A DNA stretch of 64,000 nt from an uncultured delta proteobacterium. Its GTDB lineage: Bacteria > Myxococcota_A > Polyangia > Polyangiales > Polyangiaceae. Shown one piece after another: positions 1 to 11,585 of the stretch (its first letter is position 1; each line of letters opens with the position of its first letter). The stretch is taken from assembly GCA_963850305.1 (NCBI GenBank), contig CAWKKR010000008.1:1152001-1216000 (forward strand), in the 5' to 3' direction. The notes under the pieces are model-generated. The model did no database searches and was not told where the DNA came from. It was given only the letters and a program-made list of their open reading frames with translations. Position numbers and translations under genes: made by a program.

Positions 1-1900
1 CGAGGCCGGCACGGGAACCGGCAAGACACTCGCGTATCTGGTGCCCGCAATATTGAGCGGACGAAAGGTCGTGGTTTCCACCGCGACGCGCGCCCTGGAA
101 GAGCAGATCTTCTTCAAAGATCTGCCGCTCATCGAGCGCGCCCTGGGACTGTCTCCGCATGCCGCCCTCATGAAGGGACTCGGCAACTACATTTGCCGGA
201 GGCGCTTCACGGAATATCGGAGAACCGCCGAGGCTCGCGGGGCCTGGGTCGTCCCGGCACTCGCGTCGGTCGAACGGTGGCTCGATGGAACGGACACCGG
301 CGACGTCTCCGAGCTGTCGGCCCTCGGCGAAGACGACCCGATCTTTTCGGCAATCACCTCCTCGAGCGACACTCGCGTCGGTGCATCATGCCAGTTCTAC
401 GACGAATGCTTCGTTACACGTATGAAGCGTGAAGCCGAAACCGCACGCCTCGTCGTGGTGAATCATCACTTGTTCTTCGCGGATCTTGCGCTCCGAGGCG
501 CGCACCCTGGCCGTGTCATTCCGGACTACGACGCGGTGATCTTCGACGAGGCGCACCACCTCGAAGACGTCGCGACGACCTTTTTCGGCGTGCGCGTTTC
601 GGCGCCGCGCATTTCGCGACTCCTCGGGGATTTCGACGCCATTCTCGCGCGCCTCACCACGTCGAGCGCGCTGCTCGGAGGCAGCGTTGTGCCCTCGGCA
701 CGCGCGTGCGCGGATGTCTTTTTCGAACGCGTCCTCGCTGGCACTGGCCGCACGGAGAACCGAGCGACCCTGGAACACGACTTCTGGACCGGAGAGCGGC
801 GGGAGGCGTGGCACGCACTCGACGACGCGCTCGATGCCGTTCGTGCGCTCGCGGAATCCCTCCGGGGAAGCGTGGGCGCGCTGCAGGGCACGCTCGCCAA
901 CGGCAAGAAGGACGCCATCTCGCTCGCGGATGGTCTGGAGGTCGCGGCGCGGCGGGCCGACGATGTTCGCGGTGATTTGGCAACTATTGTGGATGGATCG
1001 GTGGGGCGCGTCACCTGGGTCGATACGAGTCGAACGCCGTCGCTGAGCTCCTCGCCGGTGGATCTCTCGAACGTTTTCCGGGCGCGACTGTTCGAAACGA
1101 TTCCCTCCGTGGTGCTCACTTCCGCGACGCTCGCGAGCGGGCCCAGCGGCTCCCCCAAGGCGTTCGAGTTCATTCGCTCGAGGCTCGGCCTCTCGAGCGA
1201 TCACGTCTCGGTCACGGAGCTCATCGTACCGTCGCCTTTCGACTACGCCGAGCGCGCGGTGCTCTATCTACCCAAGGACCTACCGGATCCTCGCGATCCG
1301 GCATTTCTCGGCTCCGCCGCGGAGCGCATCGCGCAGCTCGTGGAGATCACCAGCGGCGGGGCATTCGTCCTCACGACATCACTCCGGTCGATGCGGGAGC
1401 TCGCCCGCACGCTTCGGGTGCGCCTCGCGGGTCGTCGTCTCCTCGTGCAGGGGCAGGCGCCAAAAGCAACGATCCTGTCCACCTTTCGCGCCACCGGCGA
1501 CGCCGTCCTCGTCGCGACCGCGAGCTTTTGGCAAGGAGTCGACGTTCCGGGAGATGCCTTGCGCCTCGTCGTGCTCGAAAAAATACCGTTCCCTGTCCCG
1601 ACGGAGCCCGTCATCCTTGCGCGGGGACAGGCGCTCGAAGCCGACGGGCGGAATCCGTTCATGGAGCTTCACGTTCCACTCGCGAAGATGACGCTCAAGC
1701 AAGGGTTTGGTCGTCTCGTCCGCACCAAAACGGACCGCGGAATCGTGGCGCTTCTGGACGAACGGGTCCACCGGCGCGCGTACGGCAAAGACCTCCTCGC
1801 GTCATTGCCCGATGCACGCCGCATGACGGAAATCGACGACGTGCGAACGTTTTGGCGATCCATGAATTCCGAGGCCGCCCGCGTCGAGACGCGCGATTAA
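1..1900 (+). CDS. dinG: DinG/YoaA-family ATP-dependent DNA helicase (5' truncated by window edge)
   Basis: Frame is open from base 2: EAGTGTGKTLAYL (Walker A), STATRALEEQ, VVNHHL, IFDEAH, SATL, FWQGVD, KQGFGRLVR. Confidence 0.93.
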   Translation, partial: EAGTGTGKTLAYLVPAILSGRKVVVSTATRALEEQIFFKDLPLIERALGLSPHAALMKGLGNYICRRRFTEYRRTAEARGAWVVPALASVERWLDGTDTGDVSELSALGEDDPIFSAITSSSDTRVGASCQFYDECFVTRMKREAETARLVVVNHHLFFADLALRGAHPGRVIPDYDAVIFDEAHHLEDVATTFFGVRVSAPRISRLLGDFDAILARLTTSSALLGGSVVPSARACADVFFERVLAGTGRTENRATLEHDFWTGERREAWHALDDALDAVRALAESLRGSVGALQGTLANGKKDAISLADGLEVAARRADDVRGDLATIVDGSVGRVTWVDTSRTPSLSSSPVDLSNVFRARLFETIPSVVLTSATLASGPSGSPKAFEFIRSRLGLSSDHVSVTELIVPSPFDYAERAVLYLPKDLPDPRDPAFLGSAAERIAQLVEITSGGAFVLTTSLRSMRELARTLRVRLAGRRLLVQGQAPKATILSTFRATGDAVLVATASFWQGVDVPGDALRLVVLEKIPFPVPTEPVILARGQALEADGRNPFMELHVPLAKMTLKQGFGRLVRTKTDRGIVALLDERVHRRAYGKDLLASLPDARRMTEIDDVRTFWRSMNSEAARVETRD

Positions 1901-1966
1901 ACCCGGGGGATCGCCGGGGTCGACCCAGTTGCAGCTACCGATCTGACCTCCGGTGCTCGAGGTGCT

Positions 1967-2752
1967 TCAGGCTGGACGCTTCGTTTTGCTTCCGACTCTG
2001 ACGATCTTTTGAGACTTGCCTGGCGCTGCCTTCTTCGGCGCTGCCTTCTTCGGCGCTGCCTTCTTCGGCGCTGCCTTCTTCGGCGCTGCCTTCTTCGGCG
2101 CTGCCTTCTTCGGCGCTGCCTTCTTCGGCGCTGCCTTCTTCGGCGCTGCCTTCTTCGGCGCTGCCTTCTTCGGCGCTGCCTTCTTCGGCGCTGCCTTCTT
2201 CGGCGCTGCCTTCTTCGGCGCTGCCTTCTTCGGCGCTGCCTTCTTCGGCGCTGCCTTCTTCGAAGATTGTTCCGCGCCGGCAACTTGCACGGCGACCCCG
2301 CCGTTGAACATCGGGGCGTCGGAAGGTGGCCCCGGATCCGGGTCGTGACGACCCATTGCACCGCCTCGACGCGCGGCAAGGGTCTCGACAACGCGAGAAT
2401 CGAGCTCTGCAAAGTCGAACGGCTTGTCGAGGTACGCGTCCGCACCGTAAAGGGGCGACGTCATCTCGTTCAGGTTCTCTCCGATCCCCGTCAGCATGAC
2501 CACGCCCGTGTGGGCGAGCGAAACCGCTTCGCGGATTTTCCGGCACACTTCCCATCCGCTCATGCCCGGCATCATCACGTCCAGGATCACGAGGTCCGGC
2601 AAATGCTCGTGGGCAAGCTGCCATGCTTGATCGCCATCGGACGCCTCGAAGACCTTGTAGCCTTTCGAGCGGACGTGAGAGGAAACGAGCGCCAGGGTGC
2701 TGGGCTCATCGTCAGCGACGAGTACGACGACGTTCTTTTCGGACTGGGACAT
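1967..2752 (-). CDS. Response regulator (REC) with Lys/Ala/Pro-rich histone H1-like C-terminal tail
   Basis: REC motifs ADDE, LDVMMP, MLTG, KPF, followed by (KKAAP)x16. ATG at 2752 is preceded by GAGGAG. Confidence 0.85.
   Translation of the reverse strand: MSQSEKNVVVLVADDEPSTLALVSSHVRSKGYKVFEASDGDQAWQLAHEHLPDLVILDVMMPGMSGWEVCRKIREAVSLAHTGVVMLTGIGENLNEMTSPLYGADAYLDKPFDFAELDSRVVETLAARRGGAMGRHDPDPGPPSDAPMFNGGVAVQVAGAEQSSKKAAPKKAAPKKAAPKKAAPKKAAPKKAAPKKAAPKKAAPKKAAPKKAAPKKAAPKKAAPKKAAPKKAAPKKAAPKKAAPGKSQKIVRVGSKTKRPA
2022..2261. repeat. Perfect 15-bp tandem repeat x16 (GGCGCTGCCTTCTTC) encoding KKAAP on the minus strand
   Basis: 240 bp of identical units read directly from the sequence. Confidence 0.98.
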
Positions 2753-3029
2753 GGGCATGCCTCCTCGGAGCTTGCCCATTTGGAGGCTACTCTCGCCGAG
2801 GAATCAAGCAGGCTGCGTCGGTTCGGCCGGTGCACCTAGTCTGCCGCGCCCGTCCAGTGAAACCGGGCGCGCTGGTCCCAAATCCGCCGTTTGTCGGGCT
2901 GGCGTGGCGCCCAAGGCAGCGAAAGTCGTCGTGTGGCAATTTGGGCGCTAGCATCCAAGCTGGAACGCGAGGAACGGTTCGAACGTTCCGAGCCGGGGCG
3001 CCGAGCCCCCTTTTTGAGAGAGACCTGAT

Positions 3030-4925
3030 TTGGCAGATCGCGAACGAGGCGTCGCGCGACTCGCGCGAAAAGCGCGCGCGGCAGGGTTCCGTGACCGACT
3101 CAACGCGGTTGCCGCGAGCGCCGCAACGTGGTCGTTCGTGCCGATTCTTTACGCCGCGGGCGCGCTCACGGTCGTGAAGCTCGCACGAGGGCCTACTGCG
3201 CACCCCCGCATTCTCGCGGCAGGGATGGTCGGGGCGCTCGTCGTGTTCGTGGCAGGCGTCCTTCATGCCGCGTTGCGGCGCGCTGCGCCCTTCGCCGGCT
3301 CGCTGGCGCTCGACCGGTTCCATGACCTGCATGATCGCGTCACCAACGCCCTTGCATTCTCGACGATCCCAGCGGCCGACCGAACGCCGCTCATGGAAGC
3401 GGCCATCAACGACGGAGCTGCCTCCGCCGACCGTCTTTCTCCACGACGCGCGGTTCCGCTTCGTCTGCCCCGTGATCTGCCGGCCGCGCTGGCGCTCGCT
3501 GCGGCGACCGTCGCGCTCGGCTCGATGGAAATCCCCATCATTCGCCTCATTCCGCCGCCTGCACACCGCGTAGAAGCGCTCGCCGTCAGCGAAGACGATG
3601 CCGAGCTCTTTCGGAAGATGTCGGACGAACTCCTGGCCTCCACCACTCAGCCGGAAGCGCTCGCCGGCGCGCGTAAATTCAATCAGATCGTGGAGGATCT
3701 GGCGGAGCGCAGGCTCGACAGGCGCGAAGTCTTTCGTCGCCTCGACGAGCTCGAACGCAGCCTGAAAGGCTCGATCGACCCCGCAGCGCTCGATGACGCA
3801 CTCGATGGCATCGCGAAGGAACTCGACAAGAATCCGATGTCGAAGCCGGTGGGCACCGCCCTCGGCGAGAAACGTCTCGCCGAGGCCGAGCAAGCCATGC
3901 GGGACCTGGCAAGAAAGGTGGAAACCGCAAAGAAAGGCGTCGATGCGGCGAAGTTGGAGTCGCTTCGGCGCGCGCTCGAGAAGTCCAGCGAGACCGTGCA
4001 GAAGGGTTCCGAGCAAGAACGTCAGCAGCTCGAAGAACGTCGGAAGCGCCTTCTCGAGAAGAAAGAGAAGCAGGGGCTGTCCTCTGCGGAGCAACAGGAA
4101 CTCGATCGCACCGAGCGGCGTCTGGAGCATCTCGATCGCGAAAAGAGCGACCAAGCCGCGCAGTCACAGCAGATGTCTGGGCTCGACAAGGATCTCGCGA
4201 AAGCCGCCAGTGACCTCATGAAGGACCTCGGTATGAGCTCCAAGGATCTTCAGAAAAGCGCCGAGGACATCAATCGCACCGCGAGTCAGAAGATGAGCGA
4301 TCAGCAGAAGCAAGAGCTGCGGCGCCGAATCGAGGAGATCCGGCAGATCCTGCGTCAGGAGGGACAGGGCGGCCGCGACCGGCTCAGACGCATGATGGCG
4401 TTCGGTCAGCGGGCGCGAGGCAACGGCCAGTCACGAGGACAGGGGCAAGGTTCGCGCGGAAGCGGTCGAGGTCAGCCTGGGGGCAACGACCGCGGACAGG
4501 GGCAGGGCGATGGATCCGGTGGAACGGAACTCACGCTCGGGCTCGGCAAGCCCGGGTCTGGACCGGGAGTGAACATCGGATCGGGAGGCGTCACTCCCGG
4601 CGCTTCCGGCGCCAAGACGGGCGGTGCTGGGCAAGGCGGGGACGAGTGGGGCGCCGGCCATGATCCGAACCTGCAGGGAGCCGCGACGAAGCTCAAGGGT
4701 CAGACTCAGGATGTCACTGCCTCCGCAAACGACACGGGCGAGGGCTCGGCTTCGAGCGAAGTGATCTACGGCGCCGCCCAGCGCGGCTTCACCGGCCACG
4801 GCTATCAGAAGGTCTACGCGGAGTACGAGAATGTCGCAGAAGAGACGCTCGCGAAGGACGAAATTCCGCCTGGGTATCGTTTCTACGTGCGCCGGTATTT
4901 TCAACTCATCCGACCGCGGGACTAG
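3030..4925 (+). CDS. Membrane-anchored coiled-coil protein with Gly/Gln-rich C-terminus (MoxR-operon associated)
   Basis: N-terminal hydrophobic helices, long K/E/Q helical region, G-rich linker, C-terminal IPPGYRFYVRRYF; lies directly upstream of moxR. Confidence 0.7.
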   Translation: MADRERGVARLARKARAAGFRDRLNAVAASAATWSFVPILYAAGALTVVKLARGPTAHPRILAAGMVGALVVFVAGVLHAALRRAAPFAGSLALDRFHDLHDRVTNALAFSTIPAADRTPLMEAAINDGAASADRLSPRRAVPLRLPRDLPAALALAAATVALGSMEIPIIRLIPPPAHRVEALAVSEDDAELFRKMSDELLASTTQPEALAGARKFNQIVEDLAERRLDRREVFRRLDELERSLKGSIDPAALDDALDGIAKELDKNPMSKPVGTALGEKRLAEAEQAMRDLARKVETAKKGVDAAKLESLRRALEKSSETVQKGSEQERQQLEERRKRLLEKKEKQGLSSAEQQELDRTERRLEHLDREKSDQAAQSQQMSGLDKDLAKAASDLMKDLGMSSKDLQKSAEDINRTASQKMSDQQKQELRRRIEEIRQILRQEGQGGRDRLRRMMAFGQRARGNGQSRGQGQGSRGSGRGQPGGNDRGQGQGDGSGGTELTLGLGKPGSGPGVNIGSGGVTPGASGAKTGGAGQGGDEWGAGHDPNLQGAATKLKGQTQDVTASANDTGEGSASSEVIYGAAQRGFTGHGYQKVYAEYENVAEETLAKDEIPPGYRFYVRRYFQLIRPRD

Positions 4926-4958
4926 CGATTTCCGCCCCCCCTCCGAGACAGGTTCAAC

Positions 4959-5961
4959 ATGACCGACAATGAAAAGGCCCGCGAGGACGTGCAAGGGTTT
5001 CAGAAGAAAATTGGCTCGCTCCGAGAAGAAGTGGGCCGCGTGATCGTAGGGCAGCGCGACATCGTCGATGGAGTGCTGACTTGCATGCTGTCGGGTTCAC
5101 ACGCCCTCCTCGAAGGCGTACCCGGGCTCGGCAAGACGATGCTGGTGCGCACGCTCGCGCTCGCCATGGGCCTCGAGTTTTCGCGAATCCAGTTCACGCC
5201 GGACCTGATGCCCGCCGACATCATCGGCACGACCGTAATCGAGGACACGCCGGCCGGCGGACGCGGCTTCGAATTCCGCAAGGGGCCAATTTTCTCGAAT
5301 ATCGTCCTTGCCGATGAGGTCAACCGAGCCACGCCGAAGACGCAGAGCGCCCTGCTCGAGGCGATGCAAGAAAGCAACGTCACCGTCGGGCGGAAGACGT
5401 ACCCCATCGCAGCGCCGTACTTCGTCCTCGCGACTCAAAACCCTCTTGAGATGGAGGGCACTTATCCGCTCCCGGAAGCACAGCTCGATCGGTTCTTCTT
5501 CAAGCTACATGTCGGCTTCCCGGGTCGTGAGGACCTTCACTCGATCCTCGACCGAACCACGACGGATTATGCAGCGCGCGTAGAACCCGTCGTCAGCCGG
5601 GATGACGTACTCGAGCATGCAATCGCTGGCTCGCGCCGTACCCGTGGCGAGGCACGTGCAAGATTACGCGATCCGCATGCTCCTGGCGACGCATCCGAGC
5701 GGCGTCGAAGCGCCGGATTCCGTGAAGCGTTACGTCCGTACCGGAGCATCGCCGCGGGGCGCGCAAGCGATGCTCCTCGCGGCGAAGATCCGAGCACTCC
5801 TCGACGGACGCTTCGCGGCGTCGCTCGACGACGTGAAAGCGTCCACGCTCCCGGCGCTCCGGCACCGGGTGCTCTTGAACTTCGAGGGGGAAGCCGAAGG
5901 CATCAAGACCGACGGCGTGCTGGGCGAGATTCTAGCGAAGCTCCCGGAAAGCAAACCCTGA
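4959..5961 (+). CDS. moxR: MoxR-family AAA+ ATPase (one +1 frameshift near 5615, probably sequencing error)
   Basis: GVPGLGKT, RIQFTPDLMPAD, LADEVNRATPKTQSALLEAM, ATQNPLEMEGTYPLPEAQLDRF. Lid domain GASPRG...LRHR continues in ORF 5602-5961. Confidence 0.92.
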
Positions 5962-5986
5962 GCGGCGACGCGGCAACGAAACACCC

Positions 5987-6929
5987 ATGGGCATGCTCGA
6001 TCTCCTGCGAAAACCGGCGACGCCTGCCGCGGCCGCGAGAGTCGGACACGTCGACGATCTGTTCGACGACGAGTTCCAGCGCAAGCTCGACACCCTCGCG
6101 ATCGTCAGCCGCCGGGTGTTCGCGGGGCGCATCCGCGCGGAGCGTCGCAGCAAGAAAAAGGGCAGCGGCGTCGAATTCGCGGACCATCGAGACTACGTCC
6201 CCGGCGACGACTTTAGATTCGTCGATTGGAACGTCTACCAGCGCTTCGGCAAGCTTCTGGTTCGCCTCTACGAAGAAGAGGAGGACCTCGGAATCATTTT
6301 CATCGTGGACTGTTCGGCATCCATGGGATTCGGCGACGGCAGGAAGTTCGATCAGGCGCGACGACTGTGTGCCGCGCTCGCGTACGTCGGCCTCGCGAAT
6401 CTCGATCGTGTGGCGATCACCGCCGTGAGCGACGGGGTCGTCGCGCGCATGGCCCCGACCCGCGGCCGCGGGCGGATTTTCAAGGTATTCAAGTTCCTGC
6501 GCGAGCTGGAGCCAGGAGGCACGACGAACCTTTGGGACGCCGTCTCGACCGTCATCGCAGAGCACAAGCGACGCGGTCTCGCCGTCCTCCTGTCCGACCT
6601 CTACGATCCGGCGGGATTCGAACGCGGCATCAACGTGCTCCGGTACAACAAGTTCGAGCCCTACGTAGTGCACGTCACGGACTCAGCTGACGGACGCCCG
6701 GCGCTCCGCGGTGACGTCCACGTATACGATTGTGAAACGGGCGACGAACGGCAGGTCACCGTCACGGATGCCCTGCTCGCGAAGATGGAAATCCAGTACC
6801 GGGGGTATCTCGCGGACGTCGAAAGATTCTGCGTGAAAACTCAGGTTCCGTACTTCGCCGCGGACGCCTCCATTCCGTTCGACGAGCTCGTACTCCGGGT
6901 TTTCCGGCGCGGCGGATTTCCTGCGCTGA
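5987..6929 (+). CDS. DUF58 domain protein
   Basis: GSGVEFADHRDYVPGDDFRFVDWN and DCSASM. Natural end GGFLR-TGA at 6927-6929 is out of frame by one extra T, so it reads through into the next gene. Confidence 0.88.
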
Positions 6930-8804
6930 TGACGTTCCTTGGCCTTTCGCCTGCCGCCCTCGCTGTCATTGGCGCAGCCGCCGGCGCGGCGACCGTCGCG
7001 CTCTACGTGCTCAAACTGCGACGGCGCCCCATCGCAGTACCGTTTTCGCCGATCTGGCAAAGAGTGCTCCGCGACAAGGACGCGTCGCAGCTCTTTTCGC
7101 GGCTCAAGAACCTGCTCTCGTTACTCCTCCAGCTCGCGCTGCTCGCCCTGCTCGTCTTCGCCCTCGGCGATCCGCGAAGCGTGGCGTCCGCGAGCGAGGG
7201 ACGAAGCGTCGTGGTTCTCGTCGACACGAGCGCATCCATGCAAGCGATCGACGTGACGCCGACGAGACTCGACGTCGCGAAGAACAAGGTGATGACGCTC
7301 GTGCGGGGCCTCGGCGTAAGCGACCGAATGCTCATCGCAAAAATGGACGCATCGACGGTTCCGCTCACGACGATGACGGGGGACCCGACGGAGCTTGCGA
7401 ACGGGGTAAGGAGACTCGCCGCGACGGACACGCGCGCCGACCTCGGGCGCGCCATCGCCTTCGCCCGCGCTGTCCTCCGCGCCGAGAAGAATCCGGAGAT
7501 CGTGGTGGTCAGCGATGGCGCCCTCGGTTCGGGTACGGACGGACCCAGGGCAACGGCCGGCGTGCCGTTGCGGTACGTGCCCATCGGCGCTCGCGGCAAG
7601 AATGTCGCGATTACGGGGTTCTCGGTCCGTCGATATCCGCTCGATGCCTCTCGCTACGAGGTGCTCCTCGAGGTGACGAACACGAACGACGCGCCCTCGA
7701 ATGTCGAAGTCACGCTCCTGGGCGACGGCAACGTAGTCGATGTTTCGCGGCTCTCGCTCAAGCCAAATGAACGGCTACCGCGCGTATACGCCGACATCGG
7801 CGGTGCGAGCCGCACGCTCGAAGCGCGCATCCGCCTCGCCGACGGCGAGCGCGACGATCTACCCGCGGACGACCGCGCGTACGCGCTGATGCCCGAGAGA
7901 AAGCGCGCACGAGTGCTGGTCGTGTCTCGGGGCAACACGTATCTCGACGCGGCCCTGCTCCTCGACGAATACCTCGACGTGACGACCGTGGCTCCCGCGG
8001 CATATCGTCGAGAGGGAGCGTTCGACGTGACGATCTTCGACGGAGTCGCGCCGTCCCCACCCGCTCACGGCGGCGTCCTCTATCTGAACCCACCCCTCGA
8101 GGGCGCGCCGCTCAAAGTCGGTGCGCCCATCACGAACTTCGGCTTCGACACCTGGGATCGAAAGAATCCTCTGCTTCAGTTCATGGCCGTCGACAACGTG
8201 CAGGTTGCACGTGGGCACGCGCTCGTGCCCGATAAGATCCGATCGTGTCGTCGGCGCGAGCGAGCAAGGTCCCATCCTGGTCTCCGGAAGCCGCTCGGGA
8301 CGGCCTTTCGTGGCGCTCGGATTCGATCCGCGTGACAGCGATCTCGTGCTGAGACCGGCCTGGCCGTTATTCGTGCTCAACGTCATTCATTCGTTCGTGG
8401 AGGACGACTCCAGCTACCTATCGGCGTTTCGCACAGGGGAAGCGTGGCGGATTCCGGCGCCCAGCGACGCACACGTCGCGTGGATCCGTGACCCGACCGG
8501 TGCGCGTCACGAGGTGCCCGTCAAAGATGGCCGCGCCATGCTGTTCGGCGAACATGCGGGCATCTACGAATTGCGGGCGGGATCCGAGGACGCTCCGCCA
8601 ACGTTGTTTGCTGCGAACCTCACCGATCCGGAGGAGAGCCGGATCGAGCCCCAGAAGACCCTCGCCACCTTCGGTGATGAGGCCAAGCCGGTCACCGAGT
8701 TTCATGCTGGCGTGCGACGCGAGATCTGGATGGCGCTCCTCGGGCTAGCGATCCTTCTCTCGGTTGTCGAGTGGACCTCGTACCACCGGAGGATCACCGT
8801 TTGA
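6929..8804 (+). CDS. BatA-like N-terminal / vWA domain membrane protein (+1 frameshift near 8234)
   Basis: ATG overlaps upstream TGA (TGATG); LYVLKLRRRP and LLLQLALL BatA-like motifs; MIDAS DTSASM and VSDG; C-terminus (FAANL, C-terminal TM) in ORF 8121-8804. Confidence 0.82.
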
Positions 8805-11585
8805 GTCGGCGCGGCCGCACGCTTTCCTTGGGAGCCGCCAGGGACGGCCCTCTCGGTCGCAAGCGCATGGATCTTCTTGCGCTGGGTGAATCACACGCGC
8901 CCGGCGGCGTTCGAATGGACGCGGCACGGAGTGGTGTTCGCCCTCGGAGAGCCACGGGCGCTAGTCGTTCTCGCCGTCGTGCCGTTGCTCGCGTTTTCTC
9001 TGCTCCGATCGCTCGCGGATTTGCCATGGCAGCAACGCTGGGCGGCCCTCGCGCTGCGAACCGCCTTCCTCGCTGCACTCGGTCTGGCGCTCGCCCGGCC
9101 TGCGCGAACCGAGGAGACGCGAAAGGTCTGCACGGTTTTCCTGGTGGACGTGAGCGACTCCGTCTCGTCCGAGTCCCTGGAGGATGCGCGGAAAACAGTG
9201 AATGGAGCGCTCGCGGTACGGCCCGCGGGTGACCTCACGAAGATCGTCACGTTCGCGCGCACGCCCAGACTCGTCGAACTCGGCGATGCCAGAATCCTGC
9301 CGCAAGTTTCGGCGCTGCGACACGACGCCACCACCGTTTCCGCGAGCGACCTCGAGCGCGACGGCGCGGGCACCAACATCCAGGCTGCACTGAGCCTCTC
9401 CTATGGACTATTCCCGCCCGGCTACCTGAAGCGCATCGTCCTCCTCACCGATGGCGTCGAAACCGAGGGCAACGTGCTGGCGGAGGCGGATCGCGCGCGC
9501 GCCTTCGGCGTTCGCATCCATTCGGTCCCGCTCCGACGACCGCCGCCGCCGGAGGTTGCGATTCAGAACCTGCAGACGCCCGGCAAGGTACAAATCGGGG
9601 AGCCCTTCGAGCTGGTCGCAAACGTCTACGCGAGCCGTCCGACACATGCGCGTCTTCGTCTCTACCAGGGCGAGGTCCTGAACGGTCTCGGCGGCGTGAG
9701 GGAGGTCGATTCCACGCCCGGCTCGAACGAAATTCGCTTTCCGTCGGTCGTACGCGTCGGCGGCAAGGTCACGTACGCCCTCGACGTCGATCGATTCGCC
9801 GCAGACACCTTCCCGGCGAACAATCACTTCGTCGCCTCGGTCGATGTGCCCGGGCGCCCGTCGGTGCTTTACATCGAAGGCCAGCCGCAGCGCGGCAGCT
9901 ACCTGGCCAACGCCCTCGGAGCGCAGGAGTTCGACGTCGATCTCCGTGGGCCGACGGGCTTTCCGGGGTCGCTCGAAGAGCTCGAGCGTTACGATTTCTT
10001 CATCCTCTCGGACGTTCCCGAAGAACAGGTGAGCCTCTCTTCGCAGGCGCTCACGGAGCGGTACGTTCGGGATCTCGGCGGCGGATTCCTGTTTGCGGGA
10101 GGCAGCGCAGGCTTTGGGCTCGGAGGTTGGGCTCACTCGACGATCGAGCGCATCTTGCCCGTCCGAATGGACTCCGAGCGCCGCAAGGACATGCCGAGCG
10201 TCGCAATGACGCTTGTCATCGATCGTTCGGGGTCCATGACGGGCGTGCCGCTCGAGATGGCAAAGGCCGCCTGTCGGGCCACCGTCGGCACCCTCGAAGG
10301 AGACGATCTGATCGAAGTCGTCGCGTTCGATTCGACGCCCGTGCGCTACGTGAAGATGGGGCCGGCGAGGTATCGGAACAGGATCGAAGGGGACATCGCT
10401 CGCATTCAACCGGGCGGCGGCACCGAGATCTTTTCAGCGCTCGACATGGCGTATCAGGACATGACGGTCGTGCAAGCGCGGCGCAAGCACGTGATCCTGT
10501 TGACCGATGGGCGAGCGGATTCGCAGGGGCTGCGCGATCTCGTCCAGGCGATGGTCGCCGAATCGATCACCGTCACCACGGTCGGGCTCGGGGACGGTGC
10601 CGATGGTGACCTGCTCCGGAGCATCGCCGATGCCGGCGGAGGCCGGTACCATGCGGTGCCGGATCCGAACAGCCTCCCGCGGATCTTCACTCGGGAGACG
10701 GAGCTCGTCTCTCGCCAGGCCGCGGTCGACGACTGGTTTCCGGTCACCGAGACCAGCCCCGCGGACTTCTTGAAAGGCGTTTCGCTTCGTAGCGCGCCGT
10801 TTCTCCACGGCTACGTGGCGACCGAGATGAAGGAGCCGCCCGCGCAGCAGATCCTGGCGAGCGATAAGGGCGAGCCCATCCTGGCAAGGATGCGGGTGGG
10901 GCTCGGGTGGACGCTTGCATGGACGAGTGACGTCAAGAACGGGTGGGCCGCGGATTGGCTCAGATGGTCCGGATTCTCGAAGTTCTGGGGGCAGCTCGTG
11001 CGCGAACACATGCGAAAGCAGCACCGTCGCGAGCTCCCGATGCACGCAGGCGTCGAAGATGGTCGTGTGCGCGCGACCGTGGATGCCTTCACCGCAGACG
11101 AACGCTTCGACAACGGCCTCGTCAGTCGCCTCACGGTGACGGGGCCGGAACCGCACGGCAAGCGGCGTGAAGTGCCGATGCGGCAGATTGCGCCTGGTCG
11201 TTATGAAGCGGATTTTCCGCTGAATGGGTACGGCGCGTTTCTTCTCGAAGCGACGCACGCAAAGGCAGGGCCCGACGGACAGCTGCGTCCCGTCGGCGTG
11301 AGCTACGCGGAGGTATCGAACCCGTACCCGCGCGAGTACGCGACGCTCGAGCCGGATGTGGAAGGGCTCTCGCGACTGTCGCTTGCAACCGGTGGATCCG
11401 TGGACCCCGCGCCGCAGCTCGTCTTCGATCCCGGCAACGAGAAGATCGTGTACCGAGCTCCGGTGTGGAACCGCGCCGTGGGTGCTGCGGTGGTGCTGTT
11501 CCTGCTGGATCTTCTCGTGCGGCGCGTGCGTCTGTTCGACCGCAAGTTCGTCGGGGGGCGTCAGCGACGATCGCGATCGGTCTAG
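8801..11585 (+). CDS. Double-vWA / glutamine amidotransferase-like membrane protein (probable +1 frameshift near 8840)
   Basis: Two MIDAS motifs (DVSDS...LTDG; DRSGSM...LTDG), GATase-like segment (YVRDLGGGFLFAGG), C-terminal TM. TTG at 8801 overlaps the previous stop but is out of frame by one base; open frame starts at 8877. Confidence 0.85.

Noticed and set aside
1897..2839. Alternative ORFs with (RRRQR)n, (EEGSA)n, (RCLLR)n or (GAAFF)n repeats
   Set aside because: They are other frames of the same 15-bp repeat; only the KKAAP frame is joined to a recognisable domain.
5987..8335. Novel DUF58-vWA fusion protein (782 aa in the ORF track)
   Set aside because: One extra T near 6918 hides a normal TGATG stop/start overlap, consistent with the window-wide +1 errors.
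4959..11585. Programmed frameshifting or pseudogenisation of the MoxR operon
   Set aside because: No slippery heptamers or in-frame stops; the same +1 pattern occurs in unrelated genes.
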